IMG/VR virus record: IMGVR_UViG_3300033153_015063 | Span: 62,001 to 126,000 of that record | Strand: one strand, 5' to 3' | DNA: 64,000 nt | In this document: positions 8,603 through 17,855 of the stretch, piece after piece | Layout: each line of letters begins with the position of its first letter | How positions within the stretch are numbered: the stretch's first letter is position 1 | Program-made: the position numbers and the translations under genes | Notes under the pieces: generated by a model | The model's database searches: none | Told to the model about the DNA's origin: nothing | What the model saw: only the letters and a program-made list of their open reading frames with translations

Positions 8603-10743
8603 ACCCCCAACCTGATAGGAACAAAATAAGTATCTATCAATATAAATCCGACGATGATACCAGCCACCACTACCACCGTATATATGGTGAATCCTGCAAA
8701 CTGTTCTGGATACAGTTTAAGCAACCCGAAGAGTGTAATAGCAGCGATGATAACTCCTATCAGAACAGGGCCAAGGAATATCTCTGAAAGTGTTGTGGCA
8801 GCCCGATCCTCCTTCTCGGTTTTGATGACGAGTGCCAGGGTCTCAGTATCAGTGTTGCCGCTTTCGTCCTCGACAGAGAGAGATACCACGTAGTCTCCAG
8901 TGCCAAATTGGTGAGTGACTACCTCTCCATAGGAAAGATTGGTCCCGTCTCCGAAATCCCACTCATAGAGCTCAATGTTGTCCTCGGCGTCTATGGAGAG
9001 TGACGAGAAGGTAATTGTGCTGCCCACGATAGCAGTATAGCTTCGTCTTGGTTCGTCGGACGGAGTTATACTGGTGGTAATACCTATTTTTGCACTCGGT
9101 TCAGTGTCGATGAACTCGATAAAGATAGGTTGTGTAGTGTCGGTGATGTCGAACTCATCTCGGACGAAGAGAGTCACTCTGTATTCCCCGTAATGGGGAG
9201 CTCGGAAATCAAATACTGCTTCGGATGACGTCACGATGTTGCTGTCCTCATCAGTAAGAATCCATGCATATTCGAGTATGTTGTTATCTGCTGGGTCGCT
9301 GTCGCCATCATTATCGGAAGTGGAAAGAGACCCGTCCAGCTCCACAGGACCCAGACCATTGATGGGCGTGGTAACCTGTTTTATAACCGCTGTAGGACCA
9401 CCATCAACCACGACAATAGGGCGACTTCCCAGGCCAACGGTTTGGGTGTTGCTAACCTGCCCAGAATCGTCAGTTACCTCAGCGGTAGGATTAAAGTTCC
9501 TAGTCGATGTATAGATGTGGTGATAGATGTGGGGGATACCTTGAGACTGAGCAACGAGCTCATAATCATCCCAGACACCATCTCCCTCCCAATCCCACTT
9601 GATCGACACTACGTCCTGTATAATAGTGGCACCACTGATACCAGATGTCTCTCCATCTATAAAGATTGCCGAGAACACTATAGTATCATCCTTCAGAACG
9701 TATGTGATACCGATGTTTGTCGAGGTCACTGACGATGTTATAGAGAAATACACCGCAGGAGGTTTATTGATGTTGGGAGTATGCATTGGGGCAATATCTA
9801 TGGCCTGGTCACCACAACCTCCAGTCGAGATAATATAAGTTGTGTCTATAAAACCATCACCATTGGTATCAGAACCCTCGATTTCAGTCAGTCCATTCTT
9901 ACTCCAGTAATTACCCATCGGGGCTTCAAGGATAGTTATTATCTCGCCATCATCCTCTACATCTATGTCATCGACGACGCTGAAGGTCACTGTTCCCCAG
10001 CCAACACCACCGGATACTTCCTGGACATTGTTAATGAATCTATTATAAAAGAAGTTGAGATTTGTAGTTCCAGATGGATGAAAATCTCCAAGAGAAACAG
10101 CCTTGTTGCATCCTTCAATAGTATTATCCACGAAGTTGATGTCATTGGTACTTTCATCGAGTGAAATACACGATGATGATGCAGACGAGGACCCCATGAT
10201 TTCATTACTCATCACTGTAATAATAGTGTCGTCACCATAATCAGTGTATCTTATTTCGATGTTCTTTTCGCATTCGTAGAGAACGCTGTCACCAATATAG
10301 ACTTCGGTCTCGGCACCACCTTCGATTTTGATGCAGGTGGTTTGCTGGCTGATATCTGCATCGGTAATGGAACCCTTCGCACCTGCATTGAAGAGGATTC
10401 CGTCACCCCAATCTGATTGGTCAACACCAGGCACACCGGTGTCCTCGGCCCCGAAGGTTGCCCCACTACGGACTATCAACTCTCCGTTGACCTCGATATG
10501 GGCACCCTGCGAGATTACGACATGTGAACCCACAATCTCAAGGGACCCATCTATCATAAGGTCTGAAGAGACCAGGTAGACGTTGCCCTCCTCCCAGGTC
10601 CTATCATCTGTGATACTTGCCGGGGCCACGATAGTGGTGGTCTTGTAGACGTCGGTGGGGTCAGTGAGGTAGAAGGCTGCACCTACAAGGATTAAAGCCA
10701 TGATGAACATCAGCATCTTATTATTATCTGCCATTAAAGACAC
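8599..10743 (-). CDS. surface protein with NosD-like beta-helix and PKD domains
   Basis: GNYWS...DTNGDGFID, WDWEGDG and YEWDFGDG motifs; N-terminal anchor and two C-terminal TM helices. Confidence 0.8.
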   Translation of the reverse strand: MSLMADNNKMLMFIMALILVGAAFYLTDPTDVYKTTTIVAPASITDDRTWEEGNVYLVSSDLMIDGSLEIVGSHVVISQGAHIEVNGELIVRSGATFGAEDTGVPGVDQSDWGDGILFNAGAKGSITDADISQQTTCIKIEGGAETEVYIGDSVLYECEKNIEIRYTDYGDDTIITVMSNEIMGSSSASSSCISLDESTNDINFVDNTIEGCNKAVSLGDFHPSGTTNLNFFYNRFINNVQEVSGGVGWGTVTFSVVDDIDVEDDGEIITILEAPMGNYWSKNGLTEIEGSDTNGDGFIDTTYIISTGGCGDQAIDIAPMHTPNINKPPAVYFSITSSVTSTNIGITYVLKDDTIVFSAIFIDGETSGISGATIIQDVVSIKWDWEGDGVWDDYELVAQSQGIPHIYHHIYTSTRNFNPTAEVTDDSGQVSNTQTVGLGSRPIVVVDGGPTAVIKQVTTPINGLGPVELDGSLSTSDNDGDSDPADNNILEYAWILTDEDSNIVTSSEAVFDFRAPHYGEYRVTLFVRDEFDITDTTQPIFIEFIDTEPSAKIGITTSITPSDEPRRSYTAIVGSTITFSSLSIDAEDNIELYEWDFGDGTNLSYGEVVTHQFGTGDYVVSLSVEDESGNTDTETLALVIKTEKEDRAATTLSEIFLGPVLIGVIIAAITLFGLLKLYPEQFAGFTIYTVVVVAGIIVGFILIDTYFVPIRLGV

Positions 10744-10772
10744 CTTTTTTGTTGGGGGTCCGTTCTACGAGA

Positions 10773-10872
10773 GGGCAAAAGAGGGTTTCGAACCCTCACC
10801 TTCATCGGACCATATCGCCCCGGTAAAGGGGCCATGACCCTGATGATGTGCTTCCACTTACACTACATTGCC
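10773..10872 (-). ncRNA. tRNA-like RNA (100 nt) with an extended anticodon arm
   Basis: acceptor GGCAATG/TTTTGCC; D arm GTGT/GCAC with GG loop; stem TCATC/GATGA enclosing a 35-nt hairpin; T arm GAGGG-TTCGAAA-CCCTC. Confidence 0.7.
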
Positions 10873-10924
10873 AGTACAAAAGAGGGTTGGAAAAGAGGGT
10901 TGGAAGGGGGTGGAGGATTCGATC

Positions 10925-13900
10925 TCAGAACTCCATGTACTGACCGATGTCCCACGTCAGGTCGAACCAGAAGCTATGGATGAGAATGAACATCACCACC
11001 CACAGAAGATACACACCGATCAGTTTGAAGGACAGATCATAGACACCACCGAAACCAAGGGTGTCACCAAGGAATAACAGAGTCAGGATGGTGGCGATGA
11101 AGGCCAACAGGAACCACATGAACCATCCCTCGAAGATGAGTTCGTTATGGTCCTTGTCAACCTTTTCATCACTGACGACTGCGGTCACGTTCTGCACCTG
11201 GACCACCGTTACATGGGTCTTCTGGACGAGTATCTCAACGCTATCGGTGACGTCGGGGTCTGTATCACTCAAGCTGTCGGTAACATCTACGATAAGCGTA
11301 CAGGTCAGGTTGTCGATCTCGTCGTCGAGTGTGGGTGCTGTGTAGGTCCCCCATGCATCTGTGTCGAGGGCCTGCGAGACGCCGCCACAGTCGATAGTGC
11401 TGTTTTCTCCCTCGACGCTGAAGTCGTAGTAGAGGGTGTCTCCGTTGGCGTCGGTGGCCTGCACCATGAACTTCCCGGTTTCCTCAGGGGCAATAACCTC
11501 GTCGAAGGCAATGAACCTGATGATAATAGGTTCATACTCGGTCGTCCCTCCATCAGGCTGCACAATGATACAGTCGTCACAGACTGTGGTAGCGTCCTCA
11601 ACGATGTCAGTGCCAGCCGCTGAATGGTCTGTGGTGGTATGGTCCACCACAGTATCATCTACTTGTCCATCAGCACCATCGCTGTATCCGACAAGGTTGT
11701 TGTTATCCTTCAGAGACCATGTAGCATCAGTGACACCAAGACCGAAGTTCTCGTTGTTCTGGTTCTTGATATCCTCCTCGACTGTGTTGGAAGGTGCCGC
11801 CAGAACCTGGGTCTGGACCCCGAACTTGTCGTTGTTCTCGGCGTGGTTGTTCCAGATAGAGATGTCGTAGTCATCCACTACCAGTCCGAGGCTGGAGTAG
11901 ATAACCATCATAAACGCAGACCCACAGGACGAGTCAGCCAACCCGATGAGCTTGGTTCCCACAGGGGCACATGCTGCGGGGAGTGGTTCGGTCATATCTA
12001 TGACCTCATAGTTACTCATCTTGATGACATACTCATCGTTCATGTCCTCGGTCAACCAGAGATTCACCGAGTTACCTTCACCGCCACTCTGGGAAACGTT
12101 CTCGGAAAGAAGTGGTGCATTGAAGTTGACGATTCCGCTATCTACCTCGTTGAGAACGTTGTTGCTGAACATCGTAACATCAAACCCACAGTCAACTGGA
12201 GTAGGAAGCAATGGGCTACATGTCGTACTCTCGATGTTGAACAGGGCATTGCTTCGATGTGAGAAGTCGGTGTTGTTCACAGAGTAAGAGACTGTGTTGG
12301 GTCTGGTGGAAGGATTCCCGGTCATCAGTGCAACTGTGGATAGGGTCCCCCCAATATCGTCATTACCAGGAACTCCTGCCATGTTCATCAGGAACGGCAT
12401 ACCGTTATCTCCGGTCAATGGACCGATGACGCTGCCACCGTTGATTTCGAGGCTACCGAAGTTCCAGATGCCCATACCACCACCCTGGAAGGTGACCTTA
12501 CCGTGTGTCTGGTCACCGATGGCCTTGATAGTCCCATAGTTCTGGATAGTAACCACATCATCCACGTTATCGTGTTGGACAGTGGCACCACTCTCGATGT
12601 AAAGAGTATGTCCAGCGGGCACATAAACCCCCTGTGGACTGGGCGTCAATGGGTTGGTGTCAACGTAGTTGTCGAGGTCTCCAGTGTTGTCAGAATCGAC
12701 CACAGCAACAGTATCACCGTCGTAAGGATTGACCCACACAGCTCCCTCGTCCCGTTCCCAGATGAACACCCCGTACCACGGATGGTCCTGTTCTGGATGA
12801 CAGAACCAGTTTGCACCACGATAGTGGTCATGGGCCCATGCATAGAACTCCACGTTGTCGGGGTCGATGACACCAGTATCGAATGATACTTCCCAGAGGT
12901 TCGGGGTGTCGACGTTCTCGGCCATGTCCTCAACGTGCCATCCCTCGTCATACCGCTTCATCACCATGTCGACATAGGTAGGTACATCCACAAGCCAGTC
13001 ATGGACGGCGAAAGATGGATAGACCATCTTGAATGGTGGCATGACAGAGAGAGATGCACCATACTCGAACTGGAACCAGAAGCTATCTTCGTCAACGTCA
13101 TACCAGGTCCGGTCGATCAACGAGAGGTCGGTTCCAGAGAAGGGGATGGCCGCTTCGAACGAGCGAACATCGTTATCATGGTTACAAAGGTCGATGGTGC
13201 TGGCTGGCCCATAGTCTGTGAAACCAACTGCGAACTCGATGGTAGTGATGTCCTGATAAGGAGAACCACCGAGACCGCTTCCGACTGTATAGGTCAGGTA
13301 TTCATCATACACCCCGTCCATGTCGTAGTCAGAGTAGAGAGAGATGGTCTCGGTTCCATCGTCGATGTCGTTGCACATCACTCCGCCGAGATAGAGAAAC
13401 TCTGTGGACATATCAGCATAGGCGTAGAGATAGGTGTTGTCCTCAGTGTAGTAAGATGTCGGGGCATAGACACTATCCCAACCACCTTCCCGCTGCTTGA
13501 AGGTCTGGAGGTTCATCCAGTCCTCGGTAGTATCGAGCTCGCCATCGACTGTTGGAATGTCGAAAGAGTATGCTGGATGGATGCCACTGGTGGTGGCTGG
13601 GCTATCGGTCCAGGGGACCTGCCAGATATACGGATTATCCTCGGAAAGCTCATCGTAGGGCACGGCAACCAGGCGATCCTCATAACGATCTCGCCGCATC
13701 GAGGTCTCTGCGTTACCAAAGAGGGAAGGGACATTGATGGCCCCGGTCTCCTCGACACTATCATCGGTTTGATCCCTCCAGAAGAGTTTTATCTCCTTAA
13801 TCTGTTCATCATCTTCATCGTAGACCACGAAACTGGTGTCTACGATGGTTGTCTCCTCGACATAGGTATAGGAGTATTCCAGCATCCGGGGTAGGCCCTG

Positions 13901-15397
13901 GATTCCCACATCATCCCATGCGGGACCCTCGATCTTCGGGTTGACACGGGGGTCAGCTCCACCAGCAACCTGTTCGGCGAGATAAGGACGCTCAGCGGTC
14001 TCAATCTTACCAGCAGTACCAGTGGTGGCATCAGACCCGAAGTAGGTCACCATGTTCCCCTTGACGAAGTTCTCCTCAGGCTGAAGATTGTAGATGCTAC
14101 ACCGGTAGAGTCCGCCACTCGGTTCCTGCAAGTAGAACTGAAGATTCCACCATGCCTCGAAACCGTTGTCCTGGAGGTTGTTATGGAAAAGTATCGTGGA
14201 CATCTGACCGGCGACCCAGTCGAAGGGCTGTGGGATGAAGATATACCCAAAGCCCCAGTAATTAGTCGCAAGGTCATAGACCAACTGCCCATCCAACTTG
14301 ATGTCAACAACCCCGAAATCTCCGTTGTCGGAAATCTCGTTGTAACGGATGTTCGGGGAAGAATCAAAGATGTAAATTCCTGTGCAGATTCTTGGTGGGA
14401 AAGGGAATGGAATCTGCACCACGACATCTTCGGAAATACCCTCGATACCGTCCAGCCACCCGTCACCATCAGTGTCTACGTCGATGTCCGGGTCTGGATC
14501 TCTGATGAGGTCAAACCATGGGCTGACCTCGTCCATATTCCCGGTTATCTCATTGAGTTCGATGAGAGGAGAAGCTGGTCCATAGTGGTAGTACTCAGGG
14601 ATCTCTGGTTCTGGTTGGTAGGATGCCTCAGGGAATACATCAGCAGGCACCTCGTAGACACCACACATGAGATGGAAAGCGGGTATCGACGGTGCATTCA
14701 TGGCCAGACCAACCAGGATACCCGCACCGTTACCATGAATCCGAGAGTTGGAGATAGTAACGGTAGGGTGGTCCCTATCCATCGAACGACCACAGACCGA
14801 GATGCCTATATATGCATCAGTGACGTCGGCATGGTCTATGTGAACGATACGGTCAGAAAAGCCACCCATCCAACCTGGGTAGTGTTGGGCTGGAAGGATA
14901 TGGATTCCACCCCACAGTTCCTCCCAGTAGGGCGGATCGTCCACAAGAGAGTTCTGGTTCGTGAATCTGACCATACCCTCGTCATAGGTCCCACGCACGA
15001 TGATGGACCCATAGACGTAGATACCCACGTTGTAGGTTGTCCATGGGCTGGGGTCATCATAGTCACCGGGGATGTCATTGGGGCCATCAGGGTCCAACCA
15101 GTAATTGGCGTGTCCGCCACCACCGAGGGCACGGACCTCTACACCGGCCTCTATGACCAATGTCTTTTCTGGCGGGATGATGAGGTCCCCGTTCAGGAAG
15201 TATTCCCCTCTCTCCCAGTGTTCGTCAGAAGAAAGGATGTATGGAACACCAGCAGTCGATACATAGGTGACTTCCGTCTCTCCATCTTCGACAGAGGTTG
15301 AAAATCCAAGCTTCGGAGCGTTTACCCAGAGAACGGCCACAAGCAGGAACACTCCCACTACGGCCAGCGGTCTCTTGAGGTCCTCAAACATTACCAT
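10925..15397 (-). CDS. large acidic surface protein with beta-helix repeats and two C-terminal TM helices
   Basis: 1490-aa ORF; LVIEAGVEV, WGGI and SSPNIRYNEISDN patterns. Confidence 0.85.
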   Translation of the reverse strand: MVMFEDLKRPLAVVGVFLLVAVLWVNAPKLGFSTSVEDGETEVTYVSTAGVPYILSSDEHWERGEYFLNGDLIIPPEKTLVIEAGVEVRALGGGGHANYWLDPDGPNDIPGDYDDPSPWTTYNVGIYVYGSIIVRGTYDEGMVRFTNQNSLVDDPPYWEELWGGIHILPAQHYPGWMGGFSDRIVHIDHADVTDAYIGISVCGRSMDRDHPTVTISNSRIHGNGAGILVGLAMNAPSIPAFHLMCGVYEVPADVFPEASYQPEPEIPEYYHYGPASPLIELNEITGNMDEVSPWFDLIRDPDPDIDVDTDGDGWLDGIEGISEDVVVQIPFPFPPRICTGIYIFDSSPNIRYNEISDNGDFGVVDIKLDGQLVYDLATNYWGFGYIFIPQPFDWVAGQMSTILFHNNLQDNGFEAWWNLQFYLQEPSGGLYRCSIYNLQPEENFVKGNMVTYFGSDATTGTAGKIETAERPYLAEQVAGGADPRVNPKIEGPAWDDVGIQGLPRMLEYSYTYVEETTIVDTSFVVYDEDDEQIKEIKLFWRDQTDDSVEETGAINVPSLFGNAETSMRRDRYEDRLVAVPYDELSEDNPYIWQVPWTDSPATTSGIHPAYSFDIPTVDGELDTTEDWMNLQTFKQREGGWDSVYAPTSYYTEDNTYLYAYADMSTEFLYLGGVMCNDIDDGTETISLYSDYDMDGVYDEYLTYTVGSGLGGSPYQDITTIEFAVGFTDYGPASTIDLCNHDNDVRSFEAAIPFSGTDLSLIDRTWYDVDEDSFWFQFEYGASLSVMPPFKMVYPSFAVHDWLVDVPTYVDMVMKRYDEGWHVEDMAENVDTPNLWEVSFDTGVIDPDNVEFYAWAHDHYRGANWFCHPEQDHPWYGVFIWERDEGAVWVNPYDGDTVAVVDSDNTGDLDNYVDTNPLTPSPQGVYVPAGHTLYIESGATVQHDNVDDVVTIQNYGTIKAIGDQTHGKVTFQGGGMGIWNFGSLEINGGSVIGPLTGDNGMPFLMNMAGVPGNDDIGGTLSTVALMTGNPSTRPNTVSYSVNNTDFSHRSNALFNIESTTCSPLLPTPVDCGFDVTMFSNNVLNEVDSGIVNFNAPLLSENVSQSGGEGNSVNLWLTEDMNDEYVIKMSNYEVIDMTEPLPAACAPVGTKLIGLADSSCGSAFMMVIYSSLGLVVDDYDISIWNNHAENNDKFGVQTQVLAAPSNTVEEDIKNQNNENFGLGVTDATWSLKDNNNLVGYSDGADGQVDDTVVDHTTTDHSAAGTDIVEDATTVCDDCIIVQPDGGTTEYEPIIIRFIAFDEVIAPEETGKFMVQATDANGDTLYYDFSVEGENSTIDCGGVSQALDTDAWGTYTAPTLDDEIDNLTCTLIVDVTDSLSDTDPDVTDSVEILVQKTHVTVVQVQNVTAVVSDEKVDKDHNELIFEGWFMWFLLAFIATILTLLFLGDTLGFGGVYDLSFKLIGVYLLWVVMFILIHSFWFDLTWDIGQYMEF

Positions 15398-15490
15398 CTC
15401 ATGTTCACCTCTTTCATATGCATTTTAGCGATTTAAGAACATCATCAGGATATTTAAAGCTACCTATCGCCAAACCCACTATCGAAAGTG

Positions 15491-15528
15491 TTACGCTTTT
15501 TGTGGTTTAAATCAGGCAAACTTTATAT
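15491..15528 (+). promoter_or_regulatory. upstream motif plus TATA box driving the tRNA-like RNA at 15551
   Basis: TTACGCTTTTTGTGGTT at 15491-15507; TTTATAT at 15522. Confidence 0.65.
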
Positions 15529-15550
15529 TTCAGAGCTCGAAGGGAAGTGT

Positions 15551-15688
15551 GCGGTGGAAGCTCAACTGGTTGGAGCCCCCCGGCCGTCATACCGGGGGAG
15601 GAGCAGAAGCCCGGAGCGAAGTGGCTGGTACCTAGGCTATACCAACCACAAGCAACACCGGGAGGCGGTTCAAATCCGGCCCACCGCA
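15551..15688 (+). ncRNA. tRNA-like RNA (138 nt) with a CAT-containing loop and a ~60-nt variable-arm insertion
   Basis: acceptor GCGGTGG/CCACCGC; D arm GCTC/GAGC; stem CCCCCGG/CCGGGGG with loop CCGTCATA; T loop TTCAAAT; own promoter. Confidence 0.7.
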
Positions 15689-15757
15689 TCGAAAGAGAGT
15701 AGATACACGAAGCATCCCGAGTGCCGGCGTAAATCGTCAGCCACAATTGGGGTTCCC

Positions 15758-15796
15758 TTACGGTTTTTACGGTTATACATGAGCAACCATTATATA
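15758..15796 (+). promoter_or_regulatory. upstream motif plus TATA box
   Basis: TTACGGTTTTTACGGTT at 15758-15774; TTATATA at 15790. Confidence 0.7.
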
Positions 15797-15819
15797 CCCA
15801 CCCTACTCGAAATAGTAGT

Positions 15820-16380
15820 ATGTCTCTTAAGAAGCTCTCTATTGGTGATGTTTTCTATCTGAAAAGCCCCACCAGGGAAAATAGCCCTGATGATTATCAG
15901 ATTTTGAAGGTCAAACAAATCACAAACTACGCTCACCCAAAAGGAGACCGTAATGTAACCGAGATGAACGGGGATGACATAGTTGACATCACCTTCGAAG
16001 TTCCACTCCACGAAAATACCTACGGCGACAAACCTTTCCGCCCTGAGCATGACTTCTATGATGTTTCGCTGTCTGATTTGGATTGGCTGGAAATCGACAA
16101 AGCACCCGTCCCAACATCCTGTACGCTTGGAATTATGGGTCGCTATGGAAAGGACGAGGAGTGGACTGAGTTGAAGGGCAAGAAGAACCGCACAGTCCAC
16201 AAGTCCGGCGAGAACGGGTCACCTGTCTGTGGGTCGAAGGCAACATCACACATCTTTAAACCCGATGGCCGATGGGACCCCTGGAACAAGCACTGGTGTA
16301 AGGAGGAAGAGAGTGTTACCTGCTGGGTGCCATCATTCCGGGAACCCACATGTAAAAAGTGCTTGAAGAAAGTTGAATAA
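15820..16380 (+). CDS. hypothetical protein with a C-terminal zinc-finger-like motif
   Basis: H...CG...TCKKCLK; motif-bearing promoter. Confidence 0.75.
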   Translation: MSLKKLSIGDVFYLKSPTRENSPDDYQILKVKQITNYAHPKGDRNVTEMNGDDIVDITFEVPLHENTYGDKPFRPEHDFYDVSLSDLDWLEIDKAPVPTSCTLGIMGRYGKDEEWTELKGKKNRTVHKSGENGSPVCGSKATSHIFKPDGRWDPWNKHWCKEEESVTCWVPSFREPTCKKCLKKVE

Positions 16381-16481
16381 CATCTCCTTCTTACTTTTTA
16401 CGGTTTTTATGGTTAATTAAACAGAAACTATACCCATGCCCCAAATGTGGTGGGAGTGGGTTAAAATATAACCACTATAAA

Positions 16482-16673
16482 CTATAAACCAAACCAACCC
16501 ACGATAGTGTGAAGGGTAATACCTAGAAGCATCATCACCAGCAGAACCAAAAGCCCCACGATGATAGCTTTTTTCAAAGCTCGGTCAAAAATGAGATACA
16601 CGACGATGCCTAGAAGGATAGGGATAGTCAACAAAGACAGCGTTCCCATCAGGTCATAACCACCAATTTCCAT
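16482..16673 (-). CDS. small 2-TM protein
   Basis: hydrophobic 63-aa ORF abutting the upstream stop. Confidence 0.7.
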   Translation of the reverse strand: MEIGGYDLMGTLSLLTIPILLGIVVYLIFDRALKKAIIVGLLVLLVMMLLGITLHTIVGWFGL

Positions 16674-17645
16674 CTACACCACACCGAAAAATGGAAAGGC
16701 AACGAACACCAGGACGAGCTGAGTAACCATCCCGATGCCGAATCCGTTGTACCATCGTCTCAACGCAGTTTCACCACGCTTGACGCCAGAACCAATAAAC
16801 CAGAACACCAGTATGACACTGATGATGGATGCGAATATCACGCCAGATGCCACAGAGATTGTGTCCCATTGTGTATCGAGAAATTGGCTAGCCTCAGATG
16901 GTTCAGTGCCGCCATCAGCAGCGTTGTCAATGCTATTGGATGGGCCAGTATCATCAATAAGTCTCTGGCCAGTAACCGATTCAGTAAGGCCGTTGATGCC
17001 ACTGGCGATTAAATTCCCACCGAATCCAGCGACACCCGTTATCGCCCCACCGACGAAGCCGAGGGCCTGTGATGCCGTTGCCAATACCAGTGATATTACG
17101 AGTAAAAGAATCGTGTATATAATGATAGGTGCAGCAAAACCAACACCTATCCAGAGTGCAATACGTAAAGGTGCATCCTCCTCACGTAAAATTGCCATAA
17201 GCACAAAGGTCCATATCAATGGCATGAACACTACGTGTGCTGCTAATATCCCTGTATCTCGTTTCAATGGTGATGTGACAATAGCAGTTGAAACATTTTT
17301 TCCACTTGGAACATCATCTGGGTCCTCTATCAGAGTATCCTTATCATACTCGTCTTCATCCTCGAAGTCCCCATCGTCATTAAGGTCCTTTCCTTCAGCA
17401 TCGTAACGGCCATTTTCGTTGTCATCAATATAAGATACATACTCGATTCGGTAGCGATCCGGTTCCTTTCCTGTTCGGAAACTCTCGATGATAAAGGGCT
17501 GGATGAAAAGTGTCTGGGTAGCAAGCAACAACAGACCGATGGCGATGAGTCCCCATGCCGAGAACCCTTCGTCGGTGTCCTTCAACCCAACGTCACTTAC
17601 CGCCCCCGATATACGCTGAGTGATGGTTTGTTGCTCCTCTGCCAT
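16674..17645 (-). CDS. membrane protein with an acidic EF-hand-like loop
   Basis: DDNENGRYD and DLNDDGDFED; several TM helices; start placed at MAEEQQ (uncertain). Confidence 0.7.
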   Translation of the reverse strand: MAEEQQTITQRISGAVSDVGLKDTDEGFSAWGLIAIGLLLLATQTLFIQPFIIESFRTGKEPDRYRIEYVSYIDDNENGRYDAEGKDLNDDGDFEDEDEYDKDTLIEDPDDVPSGKNVSTAIVTSPLKRDTGILAAHVVFMPLIWTFVLMAILREEDAPLRIALWIGVGFAAPIIIYTILLLVISLVLATASQALGFVGGAITGVAGFGGNLIASGINGLTESVTGQRLIDDTGPSNSIDNAADGGTEPSEASQFLDTQWDTISVASGVIFASIISVILVFWFIGSGVKRGETALRRWYNGFGIGMVTQLVLVFVAFPFFGVV

Positions 17646-17689
17646 TGTTGGTGTCATAAGCTCATGGGGATTTAACTCTTTCGACGGTC

Positions 17690-17728
17690 TTACGCTTTTT
17701 ACAGTTCTCAAGCAACAACCATTATATA
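17690..17728 (+). promoter_or_regulatory. upstream motif plus TATA box
   Basis: TTACGCTTTTTACAGTT at 17690-17706; TTATATA at 17722. Confidence 0.7.
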
Positions 17729-17749
17729 CTCACCATCAAAGGTAGTAGC

Positions 17750-17842
17750 ATGTCAATCTACGGGTTTCAGACAGACGACGCCTCCGCTGGTTACTACACT
17801 GGACAGACTGGGCCAAACTTCGTCCCAATCACAACCGGATAG
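17750..17842 (+). CDS. 30-aa micro-ORF MSIYGFQTDDASAGYYTGQTGPNFVPITTG
   Basis: promoter layout almost identical to that of gene 15820. Confidence 0.5.
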   Translation: MSIYGFQTDDASAGYYTGQTGPNFVPITTG

Positions 17843-17855
17843 GGGCCCACTAACC

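Noticed and set aside
10815-10833. Ochre suppressor tRNA (UUA in the terminal loop)
   Set aside because: The loop is 6 nt at the tip of an over-long arm, and TAA is used as a normal stop here.
11061-15301. Long + strand ORFs such as 12935-13894 and 14183-15301
   Set aside because: Antisense shadows of the 1490-aa gene. The same applies to 31202-32053, 53638-54471, 56559-57200 and 58614-59477.
15630-15636. ACCTAGG in the second tRNA-like RNA as antisense to the UTRs of genes 43641 and 60674
   Set aside because: Only 7 nt and largely palindromic; expected by chance.
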